From positions 1,356,088-1,420,087 of the forward strand of contig CAWGSX010000003.1 of assembly GCA_963825385.1 (NCBI GenBank): a stretch of DNA of 64,000 nt. Reading direction: 5' to 3'. The position numbers and the translations under genes were made by a program. The stretch is from an uncultured Pseudomonadota bacterium. Its GTDB lineage: Bacteria > Pseudomonadota > Gammaproteobacteria > Steroidobacterales > Steroidobacteraceae. Shown here piece after piece: positions 28,909 through 38,777 of the stretch. The notes beneath the pieces are model-generated. The model saw only the letters and a list, made by a program, of their open reading frames with translations. It ran no database searches and had not been told where the DNA came from. Every line of letters starts with the position of its first letter. Positions within the stretch are counted from its first letter, which is position 1.

Positions 28909-29481
28909 GGGGCGATGGCGTCGAAACACGATGTCGAACCAGGGCTGCCAGGTCTTTCGTCCATCGGTGGAGCGCGTGGCTGTCTCGCGCACGGTGTCGG
29001 CGGCGGGGCGCCAGACACCGCGCGTCCAGCGCTGCGGGCCCTGAGGGGCAGCCTGGTCGGCGCCGCAAAGCTCCATCGCACCTTCACGGAGGCCGCCCTC
29101 GATGACGAGGATCTCGCCCTCGCTGCTGACCCAGCTCTGATGCCATACGCCGCGGGACGCGTCGTAGGCACTGAAACTGCGGCCGGCATAACCGGTGCGG
29201 CTGCGGTAATCCTCACTCAGGGCGCAGCCCGCGAGAACCGGAGTTACCTGCGCCCGGGCGATGAGTTTGCCGCTCTCGACGGAGTACACGTCCCAGTCGC
29301 CCAGCCAGAAGTCGAACTGGCGGTACGGCGCAGCGCTGCAGTGCGCCGCATGCGCCCCAGCTGCGTGCCCGGCGTGGCTCGCGGCGGCTGCGACTTTCAG
29401 CTCGAGCACGCAGACGGCGGCCATGCCGCCGGCGCCGATTGCCAGCAGCCGGCAGGCGCGGGGAAGGGTCGCTCCTACCAC
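28906..29481 (-). CDS. Hypothetical secreted protein (DUF1579-like by recollection)
   Basis: N-terminal hydrophobic segment. YRQFDFWLGDWDVY...RSFSAYD...WHQSWV pattern. Family assignment is tentative. Confidence 0.55.
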   Translation of the reverse strand: MVGATLPRACRLLAIGAGGMAAVCVLELKVAAAASHAGHAAGAHAAHCSAAPYRQFDFWLGDWDVYSVESGKLIARAQVTPVLAGCALSEDYRSRTGYAGRSFSAYDASRGVWHQSWVSSEGEILVIEGGLREGAMELCGADQAAPQGPQRWTRGVWRPAADTVRETATRSTDGRKTWQPWFDIVFRRHRP

Positions 29482-30650
29482 CCGGAGCCCCGCACCGGCA
29501 CCGCAACGATGGCCTCTCCGGTGGTAGTCGTGCCGGTGATCACGCCCTCATCGTTGATATCGAAGGCGAGCTTGATAGGGCCGGTGATTCCCGAGCCTGC
29601 CTCGATCAGCGAATTGAGGTTGGTGACCGTTCCGTTCTGGTATATCCACGGGTGCGCGTTGCCGTTCGCGTCGTTGGAATAGCCCACCACCTGATGACTT
29701 TGGTTGATGCTGGTGGCGGCACCGGCGATGTCCCCCGACAGGAGCGGGATGAACACCCAGCCGCCGCGCTTGGTCCACATGAAGGGCGGGGTGAAGTTGC
29801 CCGCGGCATCGCCGGGCGCGCCGGCGAATCCCACGACATCACCCTGCTCATTGATCATCATCGGGGTATTCCAATAGGGCGCACCGTTGGGGTTTACAAG
29901 AACGGTGGCCACGCCGTTATCCCATAGCACGGCGTCCTTGCCGGTCGGGCCGCCGACAGCGAAGCCGCAGCTGCCGGCGATGCCGACGACCTGTCCGCGG
30001 TCGTTGACGGCCGTGGCGGCGCCGGAGGTGTCGCCCTCGGGCAAAGGCAGCGCACGCACTGCATCCCGACCCGGGCCCCATACGACGGGCTTGAACTGGA
30101 GGATCTGCGGGAATATGCAACTCGGGTCGTGCACGGGCGTCTCGGCCCAGCCCACCGTCTCGCCGAGGTTGTTGGTGCCGGTTGCGAACCCGTTGGTCCC
30201 GCCGAGGGTCGGCAGCGCGCGCATCTTGGCCGCGCGCGGATCCCAGACAAAGCCGCGGCAGACGTTGAAGTTCGGGTTGCTGATGAAGAACCCGCAGCTC
30301 CAGCCTTCCTTGTTGGGGTCAAACTGGTCCGTGAGTGAGATGCCGGAGATAAGGCCGAGGACGTTCTTTACCGGCCATTGGACGATGCTGCTCAAGCTCG
30401 GGTCAGTGCCGAGCGTGCCGAGGTCACGCTGCTGGCCATAGAACCAGGCGCTGGCGTGCTGTGCGCCGTTGGTGCGCGTGTAAAAGCCGGTCACGAGTCC
30501 CAGGTTATTGATGCTGTTGCCGCTTGCGCCTGCGGAGCTGAGCACGATGAGGTGATATCGGACCGCTTCGCCCGCGGCAGCCTGGAGGGATGGGATGAGC
30601 GTGAGCGAGGTCGCACACAGCAAAGGAAGCAATCGCTGGATACGTTGCAT
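29475..30650 (-). CDS. HAF-family extracellular repeat protein
   Basis: ATG at 30650. Signal peptide. Repeated INNLGLVTG / TNNLGETVGW / VNDRGQVVG / INEQGDVVG / INQSHQVVG / INDEGVITG units are typical of HAF repeats. Confidence 0.75.
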   Translation of the reverse strand: MQRIQRLLPLLCATSLTLIPSLQAAAGEAVRYHLIVLSSAGASGNSINNLGLVTGFYTRTNGAQHASAWFYGQQRDLGTLGTDPSLSSIVQWPVKNVLGLISGISLTDQFDPNKEGWSCGFFISNPNFNVCRGFVWDPRAAKMRALPTLGGTNGFATGTNNLGETVGWAETPVHDPSCIFPQILQFKPVVWGPGRDAVRALPLPEGDTSGAATAVNDRGQVVGIAGSCGFAVGGPTGKDAVLWDNGVATVLVNPNGAPYWNTPMMINEQGDVVGFAGAPGDAAGNFTPPFMWTKRGGWVFIPLLSGDIAGAATSINQSHQVVGYSNDANGNAHPWIYQNGTVTNLNSLIEAGSGITGPIKLAFDINDEGVITGTTTTGEAIVAVPVRGSGW

Positions 30651-30737
30651 GGCCGTTCTCCCTGATTGGCAACTGCACGAGTAGCGCGGACTGTAGTCGC
30701 GCTGCGGGGAGAGCACCGGCTGTCCTCGGACCTCGAA

Positions 30738-32201
30738 TCAGGTGTCGGGCGCCATACTCCAGAGGTGGAAGACGGCATAACCGCGGAATGGCCGCCACCC
30801 TTCCGCGCGCTGTTCGAGCGCAGCGGCGTTGAGCGGCGCGGCGCCGCGTGCCGTGATTCGGCGCAGCTGCGGATCGCCGCTGGGAAAGGCATCCGGATCG
30901 CCGAGCCCGCGCAGTGCGATGTAGCCCGCAATCCAGGGGCTTATGCCCGGTACCGGCTGCAGCGCACTCAGAAGACTCGAGTTTGAGGTGTCGCTGCGGA
31001 TGTACCCGTCGCGTACTCCGCGCGCAAAGCTGCGCAGCGCGGCAATGCGGACCTGCGTGAGGCCGAGATGCTCAAGCTCGGCAGTGGCGACGGCTGCCGC
31101 GGTAGGAAACAGCCGGACGAGACCGACCTTGTCCTCCGCGCAAGGCTCGCCGGCGAGCTCGATCAGGCGGGCGAGAGCGGCCCGAGCGGCGAGCTCACCG
31201 TGGCGCTCTGCGATGATCGCGCGCACACCACTTTCGAAGAAATCCCAGGCTCCCGAAAGTCGCATTCCCGGATGACGGGCCACGCACTCCCCGAGCAACG
31301 GGTCGCGACCCAACACTGCGGCAATGCGCGCCGGATCAGCCGCCAGGTCGAAGACGCGGCGCACCTGCGACACCAGCGGCAGCAGATCGGAGGGCTCGCC
31401 GCCGCGGATGCACAGCTCGAGGGCGTCGGCAGCGGCTGCCGGTGTGACCTCAACCACCCCGGCGCCGCCTGAGGTGCGCACGGTGCGGGCGTAGCGATCA
31501 GCCTCGACACGTTCTATGCCGGTGATGGCGCGGCGGGCAAGGAAATTGAGCAGCTGTGGCCAGTCATACGGCGGGCGGTAAGTCAGGCGCAGCCGGATCT
31601 CGGCATCCGTGGCCTCCGGCCGCACGGCCCGCAGCCGCCGCCGCATGTCGCGCGGCGGCCTGTGGTACATCGATTTGAATGCGTCGTTGAAGCGGCGCAC
31701 GCTGTGAAAGCCCGATGCGAGTGCGATCTCCGTGATAGGCAGATCTGTCTCATCGAGCAGCTGCTTGGCGAAATGCAGACGGCGCGTTTGGGCGACCGCA
31801 ACCGGCGAGGCGCCGAGGTGGCGCATAAACAGCCGCGACAGATGGCGCGTGCCGACGCCCAGACGTGTCGCCAGCTCCGCGATCGAGCCCTGATCGAGGG
31901 CACCGTCCTGGATGAGGCGTAATGCGCGGCGCACTACGGCGGAAGTCCCCAGCCAGGCCGGGGAGCCCGGTGCCGCCTCCGGGCGACACCGCAGGCAGGG
32001 TCTGAAGCCTGCCGCGGCGGCCTCGGCGGCGGTGGCGTAGTAACGCACGTTGGCATCGTGGGAGGTCTTCGCAGGGCAGATCGGCCGGCAGTAGATGCGC
32101 GTCGTCGTCACGGCAATGAAGAACTGGCCGTCGAAGCGCGCATCGCGGCTGCGGCGCGCGCGGTCAAGAACGTCCCGGGTGAGGCCGTAATGCTCGAGCA
32201 T
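30738..32201 (-). CDS. Ada-type Zn methylphosphotriester sensor / AraC HTH / AlkA DNA-3-methyladenine glycosylase II fusion
   Basis: The Cys4 region YCRPICPAK...FRPCLRCRP is the Ada N-terminal domain. The AraC HTH is TRLGVGTRHLSRLFMRHLG...IALASGFHSVRRFNDAFK. The C-terminal half is an AlkA/HhH-GPD fold. Confidence 0.85.
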   Translation of the reverse strand: MLEHYGLTRDVLDRARRSRDARFDGQFFIAVTTTRIYCRPICPAKTSHDANVRYYATAAEAAAAGFRPCLRCRPEAAPGSPAWLGTSAVVRRALRLIQDGALDQGSIAELATRLGVGTRHLSRLFMRHLGASPVAVAQTRRLHFAKQLLDETDLPITEIALASGFHSVRRFNDAFKSMYHRPPRDMRRRLRAVRPEATDAEIRLRLTYRPPYDWPQLLNFLARRAITGIERVEADRYARTVRTSGGAGVVEVTPAAAADALELCIRGGEPSDLLPLVSQVRRVFDLAADPARIAAVLGRDPLLGECVARHPGMRLSGAWDFFESGVRAIIAERHGELAARAALARLIELAGEPCAEDKVGLVRLFPTAAAVATAELEHLGLTQVRIAALRSFARGVRDGYIRSDTSNSSLLSALQPVPGISPWIAGYIALRGLGDPDAFPSGDPQLRRITARGAAPLNAAALEQRAEGWRPFRGYAVFHLWSMAPDT

Positions 32202-32520
32202 CTCGTCACTGTATGCCCGCGAGGCGAGGGCGTACTAGCTGTTTTCGGACCTCGAACAATCGATGCCCGGCGGCACGCGGCAAGGGGGTGAGATACCGCG
32301 ACTACCACTGGCGCGCCGTTCACCTGCACCGAGTATGTGTGTGCCTTGCAACTCAAGATTGCAAGGCGTCGGCTGCCCAAGGGCGGACGCTTCGGGCCGC
32401 AGAGCCCCGAAGGCACGGCCCGCTCGTTACCAACAACCTGACATAGGCATAACTCCGACTACGTTGCCCGCAGGCTGAAGCGCATCATGTTGTGGTGTTA
32501 GGGCATTGGGACAAATCAAC

Positions 32521-32913
32521 ATGAAGCAGCGTACTGTATTTAAGGTGTTAGCAGCCGGTTTGGCACTCGGCAGCGCAACTTGCTTTGCTCAGCAGCAGGA
32601 AATTGTCGTCGCCGCGCCGCGTATTCAGGTGGCGCATTCTCAGGCATTCGCAAATGATGTACCGGTGGACGTGATTTCCGTAAGTCACATCGTGAGTTAC
32701 AGCAACATCGACATCAGCACGAGCTCAGGCGCAGCGGTTCTGAAGCAGCGTATAGCTGATGCCGCGAAAGCTGCGTGTAACGAAATTGAGACCGCTTACC
32801 CGAACCGACGCCCGATGCCTGGCGATAAGCCGTGCGAGAAAAGTGCCTACGACAGCGCAATGGTGCAGGCGAACGCAGCAATTGCTGCGGCAGAAAAGGC
32901 CCGCCTGAAGTAG
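32521..32913 (+). CDS. UrcA family protein (small secreted)
   Basis: Signal peptide MKQRTVFKVLAAGLALGSATCFA. VSYSNIDISTSSGAAVLKQRIADAAKAAC matches the UrcA family pattern as I recall it. Confidence 0.65.
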   Translation: MKQRTVFKVLAAGLALGSATCFAQQQEIVVAAPRIQVAHSQAFANDVPVDVISVSHIVSYSNIDISTSSGAAVLKQRIADAAKAACNEIETAYPNRRPMPGDKPCEKSAYDSAMVQANAAIAAAEKARLK

Positions 32914-33215
32914 GTTTGGCCTCGGATCGAGGCGGCTATGCTGAAGCGTCGCATCAGGCTCTGACTGAGGCTGCGGATAGGGCCGTGCTATCCGCAGCTG
33001 TGTCAGCCAGGGCAAGGGGCCGCTCTTATCGTGACGGCGGCTTTTGCATGCCTTTCTGCGGGACGCCGGCATCCGCAGACAAACGTTCGACGCTTTAATT
33101 TCCAGCGCACCGGAAGTAACCTCGGCCATCGGCCCTCGACGCGCGAGCAGACTGTCGCTTTCCCGACCGAAGTCTAGTCGTTAGAAGACAGCTGAGTTTC
33201 AGTCGTCGTCCCGCT

Positions 33216-33902
33216 ATGAGCCCACACAGTCATCGCACTCACCGATCCGGGTGGTTGCGTGCAGGTCTGCTCGGCGCGAATGATGGGGTGCTCTCGATCT
33301 CCAGCCTGATGTTGGGTGTCGCCGCCGCGCACACGGGGGAAAGGGGCGCGTACATCGCCGCGTTCGCGGGACTTGTCGCCGGTGCGCTGTCGATGGGTGC
33401 GGGCGAATATGTCTCGGTGAGCTCCCAGGCCGATACGGAGCGCGCGGACATCGAGATCGAGCGGCGGGCATTGCGCCATGACTACGAGGCTGAGCGTGAG
33501 GAGCTGCAGGAGATCTATGTCCGACGCGGCCTCGACCGCGAACTAGCGGCTCAAGTAGCGCGTCAGCTGATGGCTCACGATGCGCTCGCCGCCCATACCA
33601 GGGATGATATCGGCATCACCGAGGCGCTCGCGGCGCGTCCGCTTCAGGCCGCGGGCTCTTCGTTCCTGAGCTTCGCGGTTGGAGGACTTGTCCCGGTCTT
33701 AGCCAGCGTCCTCGCGCCGAGCCAGGGGCGTGCAGTGCTCATAGCGGTGGTCTCGCTTTCGTTCCTGGGGGTGTTGGGCGCCCTGGGCGCCCGCGCCGGC
33801 GGCGCGCCTATGCTGGCGGGCGCTGCTCGTGTGTTGTTTTGGGGCGCGCTGGTGATGGGTGTTACGGCGGCGGTGGGCTCGCTTGTGGGTGCAGTGATCT
33901 GA
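33216..33902 (+). CDS. VIT1/CCC1 family iron/manganese transporter
   Basis: LRAGLLGANDGVLSISSLMLGVA...GALSMGAGEYVSVSSQAD...E..E.. cytoplasmic acidic helix, followed by three C-terminal TM segments. Confidence 0.85.
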   Translation: MSPHSHRTHRSGWLRAGLLGANDGVLSISSLMLGVAAAHTGERGAYIAAFAGLVAGALSMGAGEYVSVSSQADTERADIEIERRALRHDYEAEREELQEIYVRRGLDRELAAQVARQLMAHDALAAHTRDDIGITEALAARPLQAAGSSFLSFAVGGLVPVLASVLAPSQGRAVLIAVVSLSFLGVLGALGARAGGAPMLAGAARVLFWGALVMGVTAAVGSLVGAVI

Positions 33903-34255
33903 GGGACGCACCGACGCCGGATGAGATGCGTGCGGCTGCTAAAGGATCCCGGCGAGTGGCGCGGTATCCCCCGCAAGGGCTTCGCTGCAGTGACGCGCTG
34001 CGGCATTCGGCGCTTTCAAGAAAGTTACAGTTGCGCGGTTGAGCTCATAACACGGGCAGCGCAGAGTCGCTCTTCCTGGTGCGCTGCCTGGACTTGACAG
34101 ACGGCGATAAAAATCAAGCAACGGGCCAGGAGTTGTTGGTTTCAGTGAGCGCGCAGTCTGGCGTGCGAGTTGCATATGAGCAGCGGGCTCCGGTTGTCCC
34201 GGGCCTGGATCCGAATTGTGTCCAGTTAAATTGAGCTCAATGGGAGTTATCTGCT

Positions 34256-34798
34256 ATGAAGACCAGAACCCTGGTGAGAACGGTGTGCCTTTTGCCTGCG
34301 CTCGCGGCGTTGGGTGGGATCGCGCTCGCGGCGCAGGACCGGTACACGCTTACGGTGCCGAATGGTCTTGCGTGGGCTGAGTTCAAAGGCTACGAAGACT
34401 GGCAAGATGTTGCGGTAAGCGAGACAGAGTCCAGCGTGAAAGCGATCCTCGCGAATCCAGTCATGATTAGAGCCTTTCGCGAAGGAGTGCCAGGCAACGG
34501 CAAGCCGTTCCCTGAGGGTTCCAAGATCGTAAAGATTGAGTGGATCAAGAAAAAGAATCCGGTTTCCCCTTATTTCGTCGAGATTCCGGACTATCTGAAG
34601 AACGTTGACCTCATCGAGAAGGACTCCAAGAGGTTTCCGCAGACGAACGGCTGGGCGTATGCGCAGTTCACTTACGATCCGGCCTCTGACACCTTTAAGC
34701 CATCGACTCTGTCTGCAACCGGACACGAATGCGGCTATGCGTGCCACACGATAGTAAAGGCGCACGATTTCATCTTTACGGCCTACCCGAAGAGATAA
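34256..34798 (+). CDS. Cytochrome P460 family protein
   Basis: Signal peptide. The overall pattern (WAEFKGYEDWQDVAVS...IVKIEW...NGWAYAQF...) and the C-terminal heme site HECGYACH followed by DFIFTAYP parallel ...ECAACH...MVFTQFYP of nitrosomonad P460, recalled from memory. Confidence 0.75.
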   Translation: MKTRTLVRTVCLLPALAALGGIALAAQDRYTLTVPNGLAWAEFKGYEDWQDVAVSETESSVKAILANPVMIRAFREGVPGNGKPFPEGSKIVKIEWIKKKNPVSPYFVEIPDYLKNVDLIEKDSKRFPQTNGWAYAQFTYDPASDTFKPSTLSATGHECGYACHTIVKAHDFIFTAYPKR

Positions 34799-34986
34799 GC
34801 GCATTGCGTTTGCCCGCAGGTGCCCCGGTGCCCGCGGCCGGGGACTGCTTGCTCCCGCGACAGCCGATGGGTGGAGGCGGGCGGGAAACGCGCATGCGTC
34901 TTGGCGATCCGGCAAAGCTGCGTCAGCGGAACGAGAGCGACTTGCACTGCCCGCGTTGTGCAGCGCGTTCAGGATCACTTGCCTGC

Positions 34987-35238
34987 CTACCGCGGGCGGC
35001 CTCGCGTCATGATTTCCACTATGCGCCCACGGAACGCGTCAACCGCGCGCGCTTGTCCTTCGATAAATTGCTCCGTCACCGGCATTGGATTCGAGACGGC
35101 GCGCTGCTGTTCGGCGAGACGGTCAAGTTCCTGAAGCAGGGCGCGGTGATCAGGCTGCGTGGCGACCAACGCCATCAGAACGGCGCGCAGGGCGTTTACT
35201 TCCCCGGCCAGGAACTCGAACTTGTCGTCATTACTCAT
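34987..35238 (-). CDS. Hypothetical small protein
   Basis: ATG with GGAG 8 nt upstream. 83-aa helical protein. No family recognised. Confidence 0.4.
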   Translation of the reverse strand: MSNDDKFEFLAGEVNALRAVLMALVATQPDHRALLQELDRLAEQQRAVSNPMPVTEQFIEGQARAVDAFRGRIVEIMTRGRPR

Positions 35239-35798
35239 GTAACAGTCTCCGGGTATCGAGGTGCTTCATCGCAGGTCAAGTAAGGGCTCTCTCTTGAGGC
35301 TATAACGTCTGGCAGTAAAGGTCCGGGGTTTCAGGACTCATGGGCATTAGCCGCCCAGGCGCGGAGACGGGCTCATCCGATGGCCACTTCGGGCTTCGGC
35401 AAGCGGCGGTCGATGAACTGCCATTACAAGCAGTAGTTTACCCGCCCTTACTCTGTGAACGCCGTCGCTGCGCGCTAAGAGCAGCGCAACGAGCATGATG
35501 GTTAGTCACCTGCCGCGTAGGCCGCTTCGGGCGGCGACAAGTCCATCCATGGTCCCTCGCTCTGATCTTCGCCGGGAGCAGGCCATCCGCTGACACCCAA
35601 CACCATCGTGCAATAGCTGCGCGGCTAAGGGGTGGGTTTAATGCGCCAGCTGCTGGCAGTGCACGCAGACAGAGGACCGCATCGGGTCAGTGTGCTGTTT
35701 GAAGCGCTTCGACACTCTGCGAGCGGATGCAAGTCGCGACTCCCGGTTGGTGCGGGACTTGCCGTCCGCGTGCGAATTCAACCACGGGAGCTGCATAT

Positions 35799-36635
35799 AT
35801 GTCATCGCTTACGACCAAAGACGGCGCGCAAATCTTCTACAAAGACTGGGGCTCAAAGGACGCGCAGCCGGTGGTATTTCATCACGGCTGGCCACTCTCC
35901 TCGGACGACTGGGATGCGCAGATGCTGTTTTTTCTTTCGCACGGCTATCGGGTTGTCGCGCATGACCGGCGCGGGCACGGCCGTTCGTCGCAGGTAGACA
36001 CTGGCCATGACATGGACCACTACGCGGCCGACGCCGCTGCAGTCGCCGAGCACCTCGACCTCAGGGCGGCGATCCACGTGGGGCACTCAACCGGTGGCGG
36101 CGAAGTGGCGCGCTACGTTGCGAAGTACGGTGAGCCGCAGCGGCGAGTAGCGAAGGCCGTGCTCATCAGCTCCGTTCCTCCGCTGATGCTGAAGACGGCG
36201 CAGAATCCGGGCGGCACGCCCATCGAAGTGTTCGATGGCTTCCGCAAGGCTCTGGCGGAAAATCGCGCGGCGTTCTTTCTTGATATGGCTTCCGGGCCCT
36301 TTTACGGCTTCAACAGGCCTGGCGCCAAGCCCTCGAAGGGCATTATTCGGAATTGGTGGCGTCAGGGGATGATGGGAAGCGCGCTTGCGCATTATGAGGG
36401 GATCAAGGCCTTCTCGGAGGTGGACCAAACGGACGATCTGAAGGCGATCACGGTCCCGACGCTCGTCATGCAGGGCGATGATGACCAGGTTGTACCGTAC
36501 CAAGACGCTGCACTGCTTCAGGCCAAGTTGCTGGAACACGGCGCACTCAAGATCTACCCCGGTGCTCCACACGGCCTCATCACCACCACCGCGGAGCTGA
36601 TCAATGCAGACCTTCTGGCTTTCATAGAGAGTTAG
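35799..36635 (+). CDS. Alpha/beta hydrolase, non-heme haloperoxidase/arylesterase type
   Basis: ATG at 35799 after [60 protein letters not shown] and GHSTGGGE are hallmark motifs of this subfamily. Confidence 0.85.
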   Translation: MSSLTTKDGAQIFYKDWGSKDAQPVVFHHGWPLSSDDWDAQMLFFLSHGYRVVAHDRRGHGRSSQVDTGHDMDHYAADAAAVAEHLDLRAAIHVGHSTGGGEVARYVAKYGEPQRRVAKAVLISSVPPLMLKTAQNPGGTPIEVFDGFRKALAENRAAFFLDMASGPFYGFNRPGAKPSKGIIRNWWRQGMMGSALAHYEGIKAFSEVDQTDDLKAITVPTLVMQGDDDQVVPYQDAALLQAKLLEHGALKIYPGAPHGLITTTAELINADLLAFIES

Positions 36636-36961
36636 GCGCACGGGGGGCGACGAGCGCTGCGGATCAAACCGGGACAATCAAGGCTCGCGCAGGGCATCGC
36701 GCGTTGTGGCGCTATCGACGCGAGCGGATTCCTCGCAATAGCCGCAGCGGCCCGGAGCCGGATGACAATGCCGCTGCTCCGCTTCACTTCCGAAGTTGCT
36801 GCGAGGAGGATCGAAGCTTCCGGTCCCTGGAAGAAATTCGTAATTTCCCAAACGCGACCCGCGTATCATTTTGTGCCCAGCGGGGCTTTCTTGACAGCCG
36901 GATCCAGGGAAATTTCGCCCACGCCTTCCGACTGCGGCCAGCACGCCTACCGTGGTGACTC

Positions 36962-37330
36962 ATGCTCGAATCGATTAGTCACATAGCCCTCGTCGTAAAG
37001 GACCCCCCCAGGACGGCTGCTCTGTTTCGTGACCTCTTCAGCGCCCGAGTGATTGAGCGCGAGGACGATGAAGGTCATTTCGAAATATTCGTCAGACTGG
37101 GGGGCGTGTGGATCGTGCTAGTTGGCGCGGCCGTTCAACGCGCCCGGACGGGGGATCACATTGCCTTTCGCACCACACCGGAAGTTCTCGAGGCAACTGT
37201 CAGTAAACTTCAAGCGCTGGGCCATGAGTTCATCAGGGCACGTTCCAATAGGTCTTTGTACTTCTTCGATTACGATGACCACGTCTTTGAACTGGATAGT
37301 GAAGACATTGATAGCGAGCTCGGAGCCTAG
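36962..37330 (+). CDS. VOC (glyoxalase/bleomycin/FosX-like) family protein
   Basis: ISHIALVVKDPPRTAALFRDLF...GDHIAFRT...RSLYFFDYDDHVFEL resembles FosX/FosA-type metalloenzymes. Confidence 0.7.
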   Translation: MLESISHIALVVKDPPRTAALFRDLFSARVIEREDDEGHFEIFVRLGGVWIVLVGAAVQRARTGDHIAFRTTPEVLEATVSKLQALGHEFIRARSNRSLYFFDYDDHVFELDSEDIDSELGA

Positions 37331-37946
37331 CGGCGGCTTCCAGAGCGTTCCAGCGCTCTAGCCGCGCGGGCGCACCTCGCGACTCGTTAGGGAGTAAGCT
37401 TGCGGCGCAAGCCACGGAGGCGTCGGACTACGCCTCCTACCTACCGAGGGAGCCCGACGATGAACATCAAGATCGAGGTCGTCGAGCACGCCGGCTGGTG
37501 GCAAGTGAAGGTCTGCGGACTGCGCCATTCGAGATACCGCTCCGCGGCGGCCGCAAGGCATGGCGCCAAACTTCTGGCAGCTAGGGTGCAGAAGCTCAAG
37601 ATCCAGGCGCGTAGCAGGGAGGGCCGTATGCGACTGGGGCAGCGCCTGCGCGTCGCGCACTGCGAGTTGTATTGCATCCGCACGCTGCTGCGCGGGCGGC
37701 GCTGATTGCCACGGATAAGAAGTCCGCAGGAATCTGTGCTGTGCGGACCTGAGTTTGGCGGGTGGTCTTGGTCTGACGGATGGCACTTCAAGCGGTAAAA
37801 GCTTCTCGATAGGGCGCTTTGGGGCAGGCACCGCCGTGCCTCGAGTGCCCGGCCCAACGAGCTCCGGCACATGCCGCCGCCTGATCCGCGCAGTGGGCGC
37901 GGCGAGCATCGGGGCGGCGCTGGGAGTGGTCACGCAGAGGCGCACT

Positions 37947-38435
37947 ATGAGTAACAGAGTTGGTTCGCGTCGACCGGGGGCAAAATTAGCAGCGGTGGCG
38001 GCGGTTGCCTTCCTAGCCGCGGTATGCGCCCGGCAAATCCTTGGGTCCGGCAAGGCGGATTTGGCGAATTTCCCGGAGGGCTATGACGCCGTGACAGTCG
38101 CGCCGAATAGCCACAGGGTTATTTTCGAGAACGCATTGGTGCGGGTGTTGGAAGTCACGATGCCGCCGCCTGGTATGACGGAGCCTATGCATCACCACCG
38201 CTGGCCCAGTTTTTTCCTAGACTGGGATACCGGGGGGAAGTCGCCACATATTCGCTACCACCAACCCGGGGGTGTCGTTAGAGACGTACCCAGCGTGGAT
38301 ACTCCCGTTCACCCGGGTCACTGGTCTGTGCACTGGATGAAGCCTGAACCCATGCACGCGATTGAGACCGTCGAGTACTTCTACTCAGCCACCGATCCCC
38401 CACCGGTTCGTGTGGAAATAAAGGTTGCACCCTGA
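37947..38435 (+). CDS. Hypothetical secreted protein (cupin-like)
   Basis: ATG at 37947. N-terminal hydrophobic anchor or signal. His-rich core EPMHHHRWPSFF. Function unknown. Confidence 0.55.
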   Translation: MSNRVGSRRPGAKLAAVAAVAFLAAVCARQILGSGKADLANFPEGYDAVTVAPNSHRVIFENALVRVLEVTMPPPGMTEPMHHHRWPSFFLDWDTGGKSPHIRYHQPGGVVRDVPSVDTPVHPGHWSVHWMKPEPMHAIETVEYFYSATDPPPVRVEIKVAP

Positions 38436-38777
38436 TGACATGCGTGACGGGCAGAGGTGCGCATTCGCAGCGCGGAGCCAAAGCGAAAGACTGCCAACCT
38501 TGTCAAGGTGCCTTGCGATCCTCAGTTTTGAAGCAACGCGGACAACGCCTACCCGCACCTAATGTCTTCCAAGTATCCCGGCCCGGCTTTCGTCAGGGTT
38601 TGACGTAAGGCTGTCCCATTTCCGGGGCGTGTTGGCGCGAGCTCGCTTGAGGAGCCCCGTCCAAGATCCGCCGCTTATCCGCGCCGGGCAAGGAGCTTAC
38701 GACGCTTCACCCTACCTTCTCCCCAAGGTATCATGCCGGCAAGGGGCCAATCATAAGGCTCTTAACTCCCGGGTCTC

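Noticed and set aside
32344-32366. Palindrome CCTTGCAA-CTCAAGA-TTGCAAGG upstream of the Ada-AlkA gene as an Ada box
   Set aside because: It contains AAT...GCAA-like elements, but the spacing does not match the Ada box as I remember it. It lies about 145 nt from the start codon. It may be a binding site, but I cannot support the assignment.
37460-37705. 81-aa ORF MNIKIEVVEHAGWWQVKV... with a GAGGGAG-like SD
   Set aside because: The start context is plausible, but the C-terminal half is Arg-rich and low-complexity and no family is recognised. The support is insufficient to call it a gene.
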